DNA from: Azolla caroliniana
Lineage: Eukaryota; Plantae; Polypodiophyta
Assembly: GCA_043228905.1 (NCBI GenBank)
Contig: JBHGNT010000007.1
Coordinates: 13,082,001-13,146,000 of the forward strand
Length of the DNA: 64,000 nt
Reading direction: 5' to 3'
In this document: positions 50,701 to 64,000 of the stretch, one piece after another
How the letters are laid out: the number at the start of each line of letters is the position of its first letter
How positions within the stretch are numbered: position 1 is the first letter of the stretch
Translations under genes and position numbers: made by a program
The notes under the pieces: generated by a model
Seen by the model: the letters and a program-made list of their open reading frames with translations, nothing else
The model's database searches: none
What the model was told of the DNA's origin: nothing

Positions 50701-53700
50701 GCGGCAAAAATCTTCTTGAGATTCTCCCACGCACCCCGAATGTAGCTCAAGAGCTGGTCTCTCACAGAGGACGCGAAGCTATAACGAACTTTGCTTGCCG
50801 CTTGTTCTCAAGCCGAAAAATCCCTGTGTCAATTCGGGTGTTATATCATTAGCTCCTTCGACATAACTCTAGTAGCCATGACCAAGCAGGTACTGGTGCA
50901 TCTTGTACGACCAAGATGCATAGTTGCTCCTGTCGAGGTTCTCAGTCGGTAGCGAGCTTCCCATTCCTCTGTCCATATTGTTGTCTTATCCTTTTCGAAA
51001 GCAAGAAGGAAGACTCAACTCTATCTTTATCGCAAGCTTTTTTGTCGGTTGTAGAGGACTTCAACCCTCGCACTCTAATACCATGTAAAAGAATACGTGT
51101 GCGTGTGTGTGCGAAAGCGTATGCGTAAGACATTGAGTATGCAGTTCGGGAATACGACAATTCGGTAGACGCAGAGAACATAGAGAGAATGAGTGAGAGA
51201 GAGAGAGCAGACAACGATTCTATACGAGAAAGAATAACACTCTATACATACCTCGTGCTCAGTGAGCACCTTTTATACAAGCCATGACTATTGGGCTGAC
51301 ACAAGTACTGACAGTACTGGACCGCTCATAAATGAGCATCCTACACTTACTCCCAAAATTATTCCTTACGAGGAATAACATTCTAACGGCCTCTCGGTTT
51401 ATGCACCGCTACGGCCATGTTGTGTGTACGGTTTTACACACCCAGTCTATGCATTGGGTTACGCACCCGTTTACGCACCCAACGTTGAGCTAGTCTCTCA
51501 ACAAAAATGAGGGAAGAATAAAGCACGTCGAGCAAGAAGAAGAAAAGACCTATAAAAACATGGAGCAAAACGTAGACAAGGGGAGGAGGAGAAGATTGTT
51601 AGATGAGATAGCAAATTCTGATACATAACTATATTTACTTCTATCATAATTCCAGTCGTGAGCCGTTTTTCTTTTCAATCATAATACATATACAATTTTG
51701 GGTCAATACTCTACTTTGTGTTAAGATCGTTACGTAATTCTACATTCTTGAATTAAGGTCTTGTCTACAACAGAGCAACCCTACATGTATTGTGTTGTGT
51801 CCATCACATTCCATAGCCCCCCTTGGTCCGATTTCGCTAAGAAATCGAAGGTGTTGCTTCCGAAGAGGGAGCGAACAATCCGGAACCGGGAAGACCGGAA
51901 AAGGGTCAGTCTTCCTGATGAAACACGAGGCGAACTTGATGAAGAAGACCACTTCCAGATCCGAGGAAGTGTGGTACATTGACTCTTGAGCATCTAACCA
52001 CATGACCAGCCATGAAGAGTGGTTCTCGTTCTTAGAGAAACTGGAACAACCAAGAGTTGTCGAAACCGGAGACGACACTCCTCACCCAATCATGCATGTC
52101 AGAGAGGTTCACTTGAGCCATGTTGGACAGAAAGGGAAGCTTATGAACGTGCTACATGTTCCAACAATCACAAAGAACCGGGTGTCAGTTGGGCAAATCG
52201 TCGACCACGGAATGCAAATGTGGTTTACGCACCTCGGGTGCTTCATTGACGAAGAAGGCCGGATAATCACACAAGGGTGCAGAGATGGGAGGATGTTTAT
52301 CCTCAACACCAATGACGTCGGCACCACCTTGTTTGCCAAAGGATAGAAGATTGAATTAGACATCGATCTTTGGCACAAGTGGATCGGCCACGTTAACTAT
52401 GGAGGCTTCAAGATCTGTAATCGAAACAAGTTGTGTCCGAATTGCCAAAGTTTAGTGGCTAGAAGGCTCAAATTTGTGAAGCCTGCCAACTTGGGAAGCA
52501 ACACCGGCTTCCATTCCCCATCGAACGAAACCAGAGCCGTAACAAGCTCATCTTAATCCATTCAGATGTATGGGGACCGGCACAGAACGTTAGTCTTGGC
52601 GGGAGTCGATATTTCGTCTCCTTCATCGACGACTACAGCCAGCACCCTTGGATGTATCTCATCGAGAGGAAAAGTGAAGTTTTTGAATGCTTCCGGAACC
52701 TTCAAAACTTAGTTGAACACGAAACCGGAAGAAAGATCAAGTGCCTGCGGTCGGATGACACTATGTGTTGAATATGTTGCACAAGTTCGTCTTGATTGAA
52801 TGACAACCAATCTCCGCACCCCTGGACCGGAACTTGAAGCTACGTCCCGACTCCAGACCGGCCTGCAATGAGAAACGGTTCCAACAAATTGTCGGAAGCC
52901 TTCTTTACTTGACAATCACTCGACCCGACATCAGTTACCCGGTCAGAATGATTAGCCAATTCATGCAAAAGCCGACCATGGAGCACCTTTAGTGCGCTCA
53001 TGGGATACTCCGGTACGTCTTAAGACAAGTTGCAGCACTTTTCGGAGATGCTCGGATTACAGCCTCTCGCCATGCCGCACTTGAGGGGGAGAGTTGGAAA
53101 GGAAACAGGTATTGGCATTGGACAAGGGGCCGGAGAGGAAAGAACCAAGACAGGGGGAGATAAGAAGAAAAAGGAAGCTGAGTTGACTGGAAGAGTCGGC
53201 ATATCCGAACAAGTCGAAACAAGCGGCGGCGGTAGAGTCAAAGAGGACAAAGCCAACCAGAAGGAGAAGGCCAAGACCCGGACATGGTCCGATGTTGTGC
53301 AAGGCCGAAAAACGGGAGACAAATTGGAGACAGCCAATCCAGACAAGAGTTGGAACGAATCGGATGCACCCGATTCGAAAGAGGTGGTTGATTCGGATGA
53401 GCCGGATCAACTCGAAGCCAGACGGACGAGGAGGCAGCAGAAGTCGACGCCGATACGGAGGAGACGATGGGTTGACAAGCGTTGTACTCACGGAAACAAA
53501 GGAGTTGAGGTGGTCCTATGGAGCAAACAAGACGACTAAGGAGGTCGTGGTACGCAGAACTAGAAGGGTCACGGGAAGGGGAACCGGACCAGACCGGACG
53601 AGGAGCACGAGCAAGGCAGGAGGATGCCAGAAAAAGTCGAACGAAAGAACCGTCCAGCACAAATACTGACACCATGATCCAACCTCAAGTTGAACTTGAG

Positions 53701-54429
53701 GGGGAGTGTTGAGCGAGCAAGCTCAACCAGATCCAGATCGGTTGAATAAGCCATAGCTAGATCGGTATCCGGAACCAGGATTCAAATTGGATTGAAACCA
53801 GTAGGCCGTTAGAGGCCTATGGATCTAGCCTAGTACGTAGGCATATTTTTGGGAGTGAGTATCAATCGCTCGTATGAGCATTGAAGTACCTGTCAGTCCT
53901 TTATGGACTTGTATAGAAGTGCTCTCTGAGCACATTCTATGTACAGAGTGTTATTATGTTGAATTAATTTGTTGCTTTCTGCTTTCTCTGTCTCTCCCTT
54001 GCGTAAGGCCTCCATTAAACCTTTCTTCTATATATTCTGTTGTTACTCGGTACAGTCGGTTTGGTCTCATAAGTTTCCGCACGTTTACTTTAACACTTCT
54101 TTCATCATGTGAGTTATGTTTTCAAAATTTCATGATTTATACCCCTTGGTTTTAGAAATTCTCGTTTTTTTACCGTCAAGTTTTTGAAATATTATTATGT
54201 AACCTTATGAAATTTAGTCATATGTCCTCCTCTTTTCGAAATCCTAATGGATACCTTTGACCTTGTGAAATTCTCCTCTCTGCCCCTCTTCCCTTTCTTA
54301 TTTCTTTTTCTTCTTTGTCACTTTCTTCTTTCTTTCACCTATATGCTTTCTTCTTCCTCAAGTGCTACGTCTTCCTCCTCCTCTCTCTCTCTTCTTCTTC
54401 TTCTTTTTTCTTCTTTTTCTTGTCCTATT

Positions 54430-56135
54430 TTGCGTAGCCTCATCCGAATGCAATGGACATCGGCTCCAAGATCAACATCGACACTATCACCAACGCCATG
54501 ATCCATAAGAAGCTCGCTCAGGGACCGATGCTTGGAGATTCCGCCCATCATAGTGCTCAAAAAATATTTCCGCCAGTACTCAGTTTCCGCCAAGGCCTAC
54601 AAAATCCAGCAGGAACTTGATGTATCCTTCCGAGATGTCACCAAGTTCATGCTAATAGTCATCCGCGTGGACCCGAAATCGTACAGGATGTTGAAGCATA
54701 AAGTGGTGGTATCTAGAGGAGCGAACAAAACAGGGAGGAGTCCCCACGAAGCCCGAAGTTGAAACGTCACCGGTTCAACCGAAAAAATGGCCAAGGACTA
54801 ATAAAGGATGCAATGGCGAAGCCGACCACCGAGACGCCGGTCAAAGGATCAACAACGATCATTCCGGACACAACCAAGGGAACAACACTCACCAGAAAGC
54901 TAGAACAAGGCAAAGGATCCCTGATCTCGGGGACGAAGTCCTTGCTTACATAGAGATTTCAACCGTTGCACATGAATTCGCGGCAGTTTTATAGTTCCGC
55001 ACGTCGTTCGAACTCGTCGAATTCTTGGCGACGTAGCAAGTTGCAGCAGCTAGGCACATGGCCGAAGAGCATACCAAGAGAGAAATGATCCAGTGCGCAA
55101 TCACTAGACTCATAGAGCCGGAAGAGGAAAACCCCTTAAGCAAAATTGGTAGGAAACAGCACACATACGGCGGGGCGGGCACATGGCAATCGAATTGCCA
55201 ACCCTGAATATGGCTCTGGTCGAAGTTCACAAGGAATTGGCCCAGGTCTGCCTCGGAGCCAAGGATATGGCTTACAAAAACAACCATGTGAGGAAAACAA
55301 AGAAGAAGCACAAGCGACAGCTGCAAGAGTTGCAAGACAAGGTGGCCGAACTACAACTCCAATTACAACATGACACGGTTGCGACTACCGCTCAAGACTC
55401 CTCCACAGATGAAGGTTGCACATTGCGGGAAGAGGTCGAAGCACAACAAGCAATAGCGACCAAAGCTAAGACAGCAGTCGCATTGGTAGAATCAAAAATT
55501 GAGCAGCTCTGATAGAAGCTTTGACAGTCCTCGGATCGTGAGAAAGGGGTTTGGGCCACGGCTCAGAAAAATGCGAAAGCCCTATAGGTCAAGCTTGACG
55601 CATTCATGATCGCGCACAACCAAACCCTCGCAGCACTTGATGAAGAAAGGGAGGCCACCTCACGCGCAGAACAATTGGTTCAGGAACTACAGGAGGCGGA
55701 GGAAAAGCAAACAGAGTGGTTTGAGGAGCAGATGATGGCAGAGAACAAATTAGCAGAGGAAATCCAATTTCGATTGAGATGCGAAATGGATCGGATGCAG
55801 GAGCAGTATACCAAGGAATTGGACATCCTACATACGAATATGGATCTCATCCACAACCACTACACATTGCAATCCGGACGCGTGGCGAACACAATCAAAC
55901 AGCTCGAAACCACCATCGAGCACATGCACGCGAAAACCGCAATCTCGGAGGAATGGATCCAAACATTGCTCGCAATACGCAAAGAAAGCGACCTCCAGAT
56001 GATCATCGAATGGCTACAAAGGAGCTGGGAAGACTAGTCCGCACAAGCTGCCGAACTCCACACCTTCCAAGCGGACCAAGAGAATTGAAGGAAGGAAGGT
56101 CACAGCTTTTACAAGCTCGACGAAGACAGTGTGGG
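54430..56135 (+). pseudogene. Diverged homolog of the gypsy C extra ORF
   Basis: PHPNAMDIGSKINIDTITNAMI vs PHPEAHAIAKKLHPNTITNNMI; IELPTLNMALVEVHKEL..AKDMA vs IELPELNTALVETYREL..AKDMA; FYKLDED vs FYKMDEN. Confidence 0.75.
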
Positions 56136-56149
56136 CACCGTTCAGCCCA

Positions 56150-57360
56150 ACAAAATGGTATGTACCAAGTTGGACATCGGATATGTAGTCGGAGTCATGA
56201 TCCGGTATATGAGCAATCTAGGAAGAGAGCATTTGGTTGGAGTAAAGTGGATTGTCCAGTACTTGAGAGTCACCTCAAGCGTGTGTCTCCGATTCGGCTA
56301 AGGTAACCCCATGTTAGATGGTTTTACTAACTCGAACATGTCAGTTGATGTGGATACCAGTCAGTCCACGTCCGGGTATGTATGATCCAGTTGTTTTGGA
56401 GCCAGAAGATGTGGACAACAAGATAAGGATCTAAGCGGAATATGCAGCCAAATAATAATGTTGAAAATGGTGCTAAAAATAATAATGCTGAAAAAAATGA
56501 TGAGGATCCTAAGCGGAATATGCAGCCAAATAATAATGGTGAAATTGGTGATGATTTAGACTTACCACCTTATGTACACCCATTACCTAACAATGTGGAT
56601 CATTGGGTGAGACGTTCTACTCGTATTAGACGAAATGTGATTAGATTTGACCCCTCGCTACACTACATAATGTTGACTGATGAGGGATAACCTCTTACAT
56701 TTAAAGAGGCAAAGGCATGTGAGCACAACAATAAGTGGGAGGTTCCTATGCAACAAGAGATTAAGGTTTTGCACTCAAATAATACGTGGGACTTGGTTGA
56801 ATTGCCCAAAGGAAGGAAAGCTTTCAATGTAGGTTTTCATATTTGATATAAGAGGGGTAGGTATGCATTAAATGCAAAATGAGGCATCCCTCTCCCTATA
56901 AAAGGAAGGGAAGAGGACTCATTTAGGGGTTGGTCATTTTTGTATTTTTGGGAAGCTTGGATTGGGAGATTTTGGACGTTAAGGTAAACTTTGGTTTGTT
57001 GTACTTCTTTTCAAACTCCTCTTCTACTTTTAAAGACTTCAAGAGAAGTTTTGCCTAGCTCACATCGATCGTTGAGGGGAGCATAAAGTGGCGTGCAAAC
57101 ACTTCTCTGACATCTAGGCATTGTTGTTATCGGTGGTAGTCACGATCTCAGTAGTTCTCTAGACTCCCCTTCACTGGAAGCCCAAAGGCTAACATCGTTC
57201 TTCTTTTCTAACCTCGTTAATCCTTGTAAAAGCAACTGCTTTCGTGGCAATATTTTGTGAACCCCCTTTTTTTGTTATAAGCAAGAACAATATTCTCTAT
57301 CTAATGGTATAGATTCAGTCATTCTTGTGTTAAAGTGTTAATCTTGTTTGATTAACAATA
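56150..57360 (+). mobile_element. Copia fragments (RT/RNase H piece; pre-RT piece LTDEG..NNTWDLVELPKGRKA) followed by an LTR-like segment
   Basis: Similarity to the D polyprotein; TATA-like CCTATAAAAGG at ~56896; boundaries approximate. Confidence 0.6.
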
Positions 57361-59374
57361 ATCACATGTTAATTACTCCACCATTTTCTATTCGAGTGTG
57401 AGAGCGTGAAGGGTTAAGTGCCAATTAGCAGGCAATTGTGTGCCTCTATGTTCACCTCGGGAAGATTTTCCTACCTCCTTTATTCTCCTCCACCCAATAT
57501 TCTCCTACTTCGGTTTCCTCTTTTACTCTCATTCTTGATTCACCTCCTTTGATTCACCTTCTAAGCATTCGCCTCAAGCTTTGAGCACCAGTCATATAAA
57601 GGGATTGTGGAGTTTACATAGAGATCTAGAAGGCATTCTTAAGAATCACCTCACATGGCCTCTCCAGTCCAAGTCCTTCGTGGACCCACTCGAGTAGCAC
57701 ACACATACATATTTACGCAACACCATACCACCAAAGCAAAGATTGTGGAGAGTTTCAAATGCCTTATGCCAAAATTATCTTTATTTTTTAGGGAATTGTG
57801 TCCACACATCAAAGGCAAGAAGGACATTAGAGATGAACTTTGGCCACAAAGGAATGAAGCGGCTCATGGAGGAAGTCGAGAGAAGAAATGTCCAAGTCAT
57901 CAACAACTTTGCGTCAACCAAAATTCGAGTATCAACGATAGAAATCAAATCCCCAACCTCCCATGTCATAAACAAGGCTCATAGCCAATGCATCTTGACA
58001 CATCATATGGTCATTCAAAAATGCGTGTACATTTAGAGCAATTTCATCATTCTAGAAATTTCTACATGGAAGAAAAAACTTCTAGCCCATGAAAGCATAT
58101 TTTCAAAATATTCTTTGCCTACACGCAATTCTTAGGAGCATGTATTAATATGATTGTTCATCTTGATCTCAATCAAGAAGACCAACACCATAAGTATAAT
58201 TCATTCTTTTTCTCTCAATATCTTGTCTCGTCTCGTACTCCTTGTCTTCTTTCTTCTCTAATCTAACTATCCGTAACAAATTATTCACCTTCCACCTTAA
58301 GCCCCATCATGTCTAACTCAATCAATAACCCAAACCATAAGATGGTAGCAATACAATAACTCCAAATAAAAAATGAAACATTTGAGAATCCTTGCAAAAA
58401 ATTCAAGATTCTACTCCGATGGATCTCAAGGCTATGAAACCCTACATCAACATCAATGGCATTCAACCTACAAATCAAAATTCTTCGTTGACAATTTCTT
58501 TGACACCTAATGTTCTAGAGCACCAACAAAATTCGATGGCACGAGGATGCTCTATTGAGGTTTAATCAATCAAACCAAATGTATATCTAATTACAACCCC
58601 AATGTTATACTAATGATTTTTGAGGAACTTTCACTATTATCATCACCAAGAAATGTGACAAATACTACCATGTCATAACTATTATTTAATTATGATAGAT
58701 GATGCCTGTATAGAAGTGGAATGGTGTATTGAGGCCCAATGCATTTTGTAACTACTCATAAAATTGGTTTCTTGATCTGCTTAGAGTACAGATGATCTAT
58801 TCAAAATGCCTTCATATAAATGATAGGGTAAGTAACCTTCCATCTTGCAATCACCTAAACCTTATGTAATTTTCATCCGTAGATTATCTTGTCCCCAAAC
58901 AATCAAATATAGACAAAATGTTCAAAATGATCAAACACAAACAATATCTCAAGTGCAAAGTGGACTGAGAGCATGGACAAGAGGATGTTGCAAATACAAG
59001 TGGAGGGGAAACAACAATAGTAAGAGATTAGAAATTTACTTAATTACTCATTTAATTAAGTAGATCCATGTAGATAGCTATTACAAAGTTCTTTTACATA
59101 AGAGGGGAAAAGTGACAAAGCTTCTAATATACATTACCTTACATGTCATTCATTTCTAGATTAGTTTAAATTAATGCGATGAGTTTAAATCTAAAAATGA
59201 TCAATTTGATATTTCAAAACCCACTATTTATGTTACAGACCAACTAACTAAGTTGCTTAACCCTCTTGCAAGTACATTCAAGCTTCTACTACTTAAAAAG
59301 ACTTTGATTCAATTGATTATCACCATCTTGTTAGGATGGATACTAATTTGCTTCTTGTAATTTCCTCACGCAGC

Positions 59375-59758
59375 TAACAATTGGCAACAGTTTGGTTCAG
59401 TCCAAGAGGGCCCAAACCAAACCGTTTAATTTTTTTGAAACGTGGAACTGAACCAAACCGAACCATTAAAAAAAATCAAACCGTTAAGCCATTAATCCGG
59501 TAAAACCGGGGTTTTGTGGTTCGGTTTCAATTTTTAGCTTAGGTCAAAGTTTAAAATTTTTAAAATTTAAAATATTTCATTATTTAAATCTTTTAAATTT
59601 TAAAGATTTTCCTAAAATGTGAGAATAAAGCATGAAAATGAAAAGATTGTTTAAAAACTTTTTTTTTTTTAATTTCAAAATTTTAAAAAAAATAATAAAC
59701 CATTAAGCCACAATTTCGCGGTTAGGTTCGGTTCAAACCGAACCATTGCCTATTGTTA
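59375..59758. mobile_element. MITE / non-autonomous DNA transposon, hAT-like
   Basis: Imperfect TIRs: TAACAATTGGCAACAGTTTGGTT vs reverse complement TAACAATAGGCAATGGTTCGGTT; subterminal AACCG/CGGTT repeats; degenerate 8-bp TSD CACGCAGC/CACACAAC. Confidence 0.75.
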
Positions 59759-60586
59759 CACACAACTAGGACTTTTCTTTTATTCTTCTTGTCCAACTAG
59801 CTTTAATTCCACAACATGTTCATGTGAGTTGTGTCCAACATTATGTCAACAATGGCACAAGAATTGTACAACAAATTAGACTGGCAATGAACAGCTATAT
59901 TATCACCTTTCAACGAAGAGAAAGCATACAAGAAAAAATCAAGTCCAAGTTATCAAAGAATATGAAACAGTGTACAATGAATTCATGCTTAAATATAGCT
60001 CTCCTAAATAAGAGATGGCGATCTACTATGGCACACTGCTCTTATACACCATTTGGATTGACATGAAACCAGAGCATAAAGTTATCTGTAGAATTAATAA
60101 AATTGACACTCTTGTTACCTCTACAATTCCTTATGAACAGGACTCTAATTCCAGATGTGAGGGCATCTCTGATGAGTAGAGAATTACCATTCAATGGCGC
60201 ACCATTTCCAACATCTCCGTCCTCTGGTACTGTGTCTTGGACAGTCTGAAGAAGATCATGAGTGTCCATTCTGGTTATGTATTAATGCAACCTTTTATTG
60301 AGCGGAAAAAGAGAAACATAGTATCCTCACATGTCCAGTAATAAATCAAAAATACAGTAATGCATGTAATCAATCACAATGATGATGGTCGAAATGTGTG
60401 ATCCTATATGACATATGATGAAGAAACATTATATATGTAGGCTTGTAGCAGTAAGTCTACCTCCATCCTCAAGTCATGGTGGCATGCATGAAATAGGGCA
60501 CATCACTCTGTATATCAGAAAACGCAACAATTTTCTCCAAGATGCAAGATTTAAAAATGAACTGGTGTCCCGTTCAGAATGACTTA

Positions 60587-62795
60587 CTAGTTATATGTCG
60601 GATCTCTGTATTTATTGAAGATTTCATTGATCCCAGATACAATTTCAGCAGAAAGTGGCCTTTCTACTGTATATGCAGACAAATCTTCTTTGAGTTGCTC
60701 AATTGTTGTTGCACCAATGATTGAACTTGTAACAAAAGGTTGGTCCCTAACAAAAGCTAAAGCGAGCTGTGCTGGAGTCAAACCATGTCGTTGGGCCAAG
60801 TCCATGTACTTCTTTGTCGCCTCCTGTATACATATTTCAGCTTAAGAATTCCCCAATGACCAAAAGACAAGATAATAGGATGGATTTTATATTATGAGAG
60901 CTTACAAATGCCAAGGACTTCAAGTACCGGTTCATATAGCCTGGAAAGAGGTTGAGTCTACCATTCTTTGCTGCTTGACTGTCTGGATCACAGTATTTTC
61001 CACTAAGTACACCCCCAGCCAGTGGAGAATATGCTAGAAGGCCCACATTGCAATTTTGAGGAATGCACACCTCCACCAAGTTTACTGTTTGAAAATCAAC
61101 ACAATACAGAAAATTTCATATCCATGTATAACTCCGTAGTTGGCAACAGCACATATTCTAAGTAATAATCAAACAAGAAAGTCTACCTTCAAATGGACAG
61201 CGTACTAAGAGGCTGTAGCTGTTCTGTATACTGATAATTTTAGGTAATCCCATTGTTTTTGCCAAATGTACAAACTCCATAACACCAAATGATGTTTCAT
61301 TTGAAACACCAATATAACGAACCTGATGCAATGCCATTAATCTCCACCAAATAATTGAGATCAGTTTTAAGAAATTAAAAAACACTTATTATCAGATTGT
61401 ACATCTTATGTTAAAGGTTGGAGATCGGGTTTCTACTAGTGTTATAACTCGTATTAGCTGTCAGATTCTTATTTAGGTACAGCTTAGCCAGCATCAATTC
61501 TAGCTGTGCTCAAGCGTTTGTAACTACGAAAGGAACCAATCTGCTCATTTACGAGGACTCAATCTTGAACCTATCATCCAAAGGCCAATGGAGTGCAAAC
61601 TGAATTTGGATAGGAAGCTCAGTGATATATGGTATCACTATAATGGTCGGGAAATTCTCCCTATAATGGTATCACTAAAATGGTATAACTATAATGGTTA
61701 GAATTCTGCCATTCACAAGTTTTAGCTAGCATCCAAATGCCTAAATATATAGTTACCTAAGATTTGGTACCGCACCAGCAAATAACACTGAATCTAACTA
61801 TTCAGTGAACAACAGGTTGACATGGTCTATACTCCATCTAATTTGGTAGAGGGAATCAATAATAAGGTGAGGCAGAAAGGAGCAAAATGAATTAGAAGCA
61901 CAAATTTGTTAATAAATCAAGAGAAAAGCATTTTGCATAAGAAATTTAAAAGAAGTGAGAAGAGTCTTGGTAGAAGAAGGGAAGAAGGGAGGTCTATTTT
62001 TCGTTTAGAGTCATAGAAAGAAAAAAAGGTCTATGTAATTGAGTTTTTAGTTAGGGTCTAAGAAGCTTGTATTGTTCTCCTAATGGTATAATATAACATT
62101 CCTTTCGCTTCCTCTTCTCTTCTCTATCTTTTCTCGATCTCACTTCATCATTTACATTCTAGTCTTCCTCACCCATCCCCAAATGGCTAAGAATACCCTC
62201 TTATTTATAGGTTTTTGGCTGCGTTATTCTTGCTTTCTTTTCTTTGCCTTTGAAATATCCTCGAGTTTATGTGAGGTGTTTTTATATATCACTATTTCTC
62301 CTCTATAATCCCAAATTTTTCATACAAGATATTTTTGGAAAGCTCTCGTTGTTAGCTTTTCTATGAATCTTTTCTTTTGAAATTTGGATATCGAATGAAA
62401 ACGTTATGATCTTTTTCTCTACCTAAATATTCATATCCACGCCTTTGCTTTTTTTCCTTTCGAAAAACGTCTCTAACTTTATATCCCTTCAAGTTCCTTT
62501 CTCCTTTAATATTTGATCCTTTATATCGCACTTTATTCTTAGACATCTTAGCATCCAACGTGTTTGAAATTGTCTTTTCTTACGAACAAAAACTGACTTC
62601 ACATAGAGCAAACTCTATGTCCTCTCATTCTTAAGTCAATAATGAAAACATACCATAAGGAGAAGATTAGGGACTACCTTTCCTTCTTTAATAAGGTCTT
62701 GCATAGCTTGTAACTGTTCTATAAAAGGTACCGCATCTCTCCACTTTGATAAATCATAGAAGTACTCCCCAAACAAAGGAACATAACGATCTGGC
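60587..62795 (-). CDS. Tas-like aldo-keto reductase, last four exons (62795-62678, 61322-61187, 61084-60906, 60823-60587); 5' exons lie beyond the window
   Basis: GT-AG introns with consistent phases; PDRYVPLFG, EGK|VRYIGVSNET, SIQNSYSLL, LLAYSPLAGGVLSGKY, AQLALAFV..SSIIGATT are AKR motifs; stop at 60587. Confidence 0.93.
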
Positions 62796-63235
62796 CTGCA
62801 CAAACATAGGACGCAGACATTCATAGTACCTAATTATATATCATACTCAACAATCTCAAATTAACTCCTAAAAAAATAAATGCAAATCCAATGTACAATG
62901 GTTGTGTGCAGAGAGGCACAATGCAGACAAAAGGATTCCCTAAGAAAGCTTTTTATCTATCATATATGAGATCAGCTATAAGAAATACAGATATGATATT
63001 ACCGAAGTATGAACCAGACTACAGGTACAAAGAACTAATAATCATGGAAAATTTCCAAAGATGGAAGAAAGAAATAGATATCATATAACACTTCAATGGC
63101 AGGGCCAGCAGCTCAGAAATAGAAGAATTAGAATTAGAATTAGAATTTTTTTTATCATCCATAAAGAGGCCAATTTCAACCTATGGGACCAAAGTATACA
63201 TGTGTTCTTGATATGTGTCTCCTTCCTAAGAAGGG

Positions 63236-63387
63236 GTATTCATACATTGAAGCACAAAGTCTCTATGTGTGAATAAAGCATACACATATGAGCTCAACCT
63301 TCTAGGTGGTGGTATTCATACATTGAAGCACAAAGTTTCTATGTGTGAATAAAGTATACACATATGAGCTCAACCTTCTAGGTGGTG
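63236..63387. repeat. Intronic tandem duplication, 2 x ~76 bp
   Basis: GTATTCATACATTGAAGCACAAAG...CTTCTAGGTGGTG occurs twice. Confidence 0.85.
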
Positions 63388-64000
63388 TCTTAAGTATGGC
63401 ACTTAAGTTATCACTCCCTCTTAGTATGTCAGCATAGCTTGACTGAATTGCACTATATGTCGAGCATGTGAAGAAAGGTACAGTGCATTTCTATTGTACT
63501 AGAAGAAAGGTATATTTCAAAACTGTTGCATTTACACAAACAAGTATTTGACCTGATGAAACAATTACTGTATTTTTGCTTAAGACTTTCACATCCAAGA
63601 AAGTAAAAAAAATCGATATCATACACCACTTCAATGTGATGGCAAAGCTAGTGCTAAGAAATACAAAGAAACAGTGCCTTGCTGATGTACTATAAGAAAG
63701 TCCAATGGTAGATTTCAAAACTGCTGTATTCACTCAGAAATATTTTTATCCTGATGAAACCATTACAGCATTTTTGCTTAAGATTTTCACTGTTAAGAAA
63801 GTATTATACTAATCATATTTGTGTCACAGAGTTTTTTACATTACAAATTGTACTATTTTAGAACTTACATGGTAGCTCTAGGTAAACTTATGCATTTAAT
63901 CAAACATTACATCCAAGGGAAATTAAAAAGGGTTCAATTTGTAACAAGTTGAAACAATTCATATTATTTAATCTTATATTTCAACCAATGATATTCTTTA

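Larger units (their letters stand above)
41200..51503 (-). mobile_element. Ty1/copia element J, inserted in the 3' LTR of gypsy C
   Basis: LTRs 41200-41599 and 51084-51503; degenerate Met PBS at 51073-51083; near-TSD AAAAA/AAAAT; gag-pol fragments. Confidence 0.9.
24562..51877 (+). mobile_element. Ty3/gypsy element C (related to A) with an extra 3' ORF; carries nested copia insertions
   Basis: 5' LTR 24562-25107; 3' LTR 41072-41199 plus 51504-51877; TSD ATCCG at 24557-24561 and 51878-51882. Confidence 0.93.
23760..54095 (+). mobile_element. Ty1/copia element G, split in gag by gypsy C (own parts 23760-24561 and 51878-54095; 3' LTR 53707-54095), internally deleted
   Basis: Gag (AASTTTRK, Zn knuckle) resumes after TSD ATCCG into protease EEVWYIDS; integrase fragment; PPT then LTR TGTTGAG...TAACA. 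Confidence 0.85.

Noticed and set aside
57400-58500. Possible old transposase or retroelement remnant
   Set aside because: Short ORFs with no motif I can recognise confidently; needs a translated search.
60042-60269. Extra exon or small gene downstream of AKR
   Set aside because: No recognisable homology; the AKR frame already ends at 60587, so this may be 3' UTR.

Overview
Eukaryotic, land-plant-like genomic DNA. From the mix of elements I infer a non-seed plant such as a fern, lycophyte or moss, but this is not proven. Bases 1 to ~57 kb are a deeply nested LTR-retrotransposon cluster, and target-site duplications (TSDs) resolve most insertions. A minus-strand non-chromovirus Ty3/gypsy element (A) hosts a Tcn1-like chromovirus (B, TSD GTTGC) and a young, intact Tto1/Tnt1-like Ty1/copia element (D, TSD CGTAG, 1356-aa polyprotein). 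A plus-strand copia (G) is split by a 27-kb gypsy (C, TSD ATCCG), which carries further copia insertions up to four levels deep. The AT-rich right end holds a hAT-like MITE and the last four exons of a Tas-like aldo-keto reductase gene on the minus strand. The most unusual features concern replication priming. Gypsy C has a tRNA-3'-end copy (...GGCGTGCCA) where the polypurine tract (PPT) should be, suggesting tRNA-primed plus-strand synthesis. Chromovirus B appears self-primed and has a tRNA-like Pol III cassette in its LTRs. The main copia family has a conserved RNA fold around its PPT. Gypsy C also has a large extra coiled-coil ORF, and one copia had its PBS overwritten by flanking DNA. All coordinates were counted by eye and no database searches were run.
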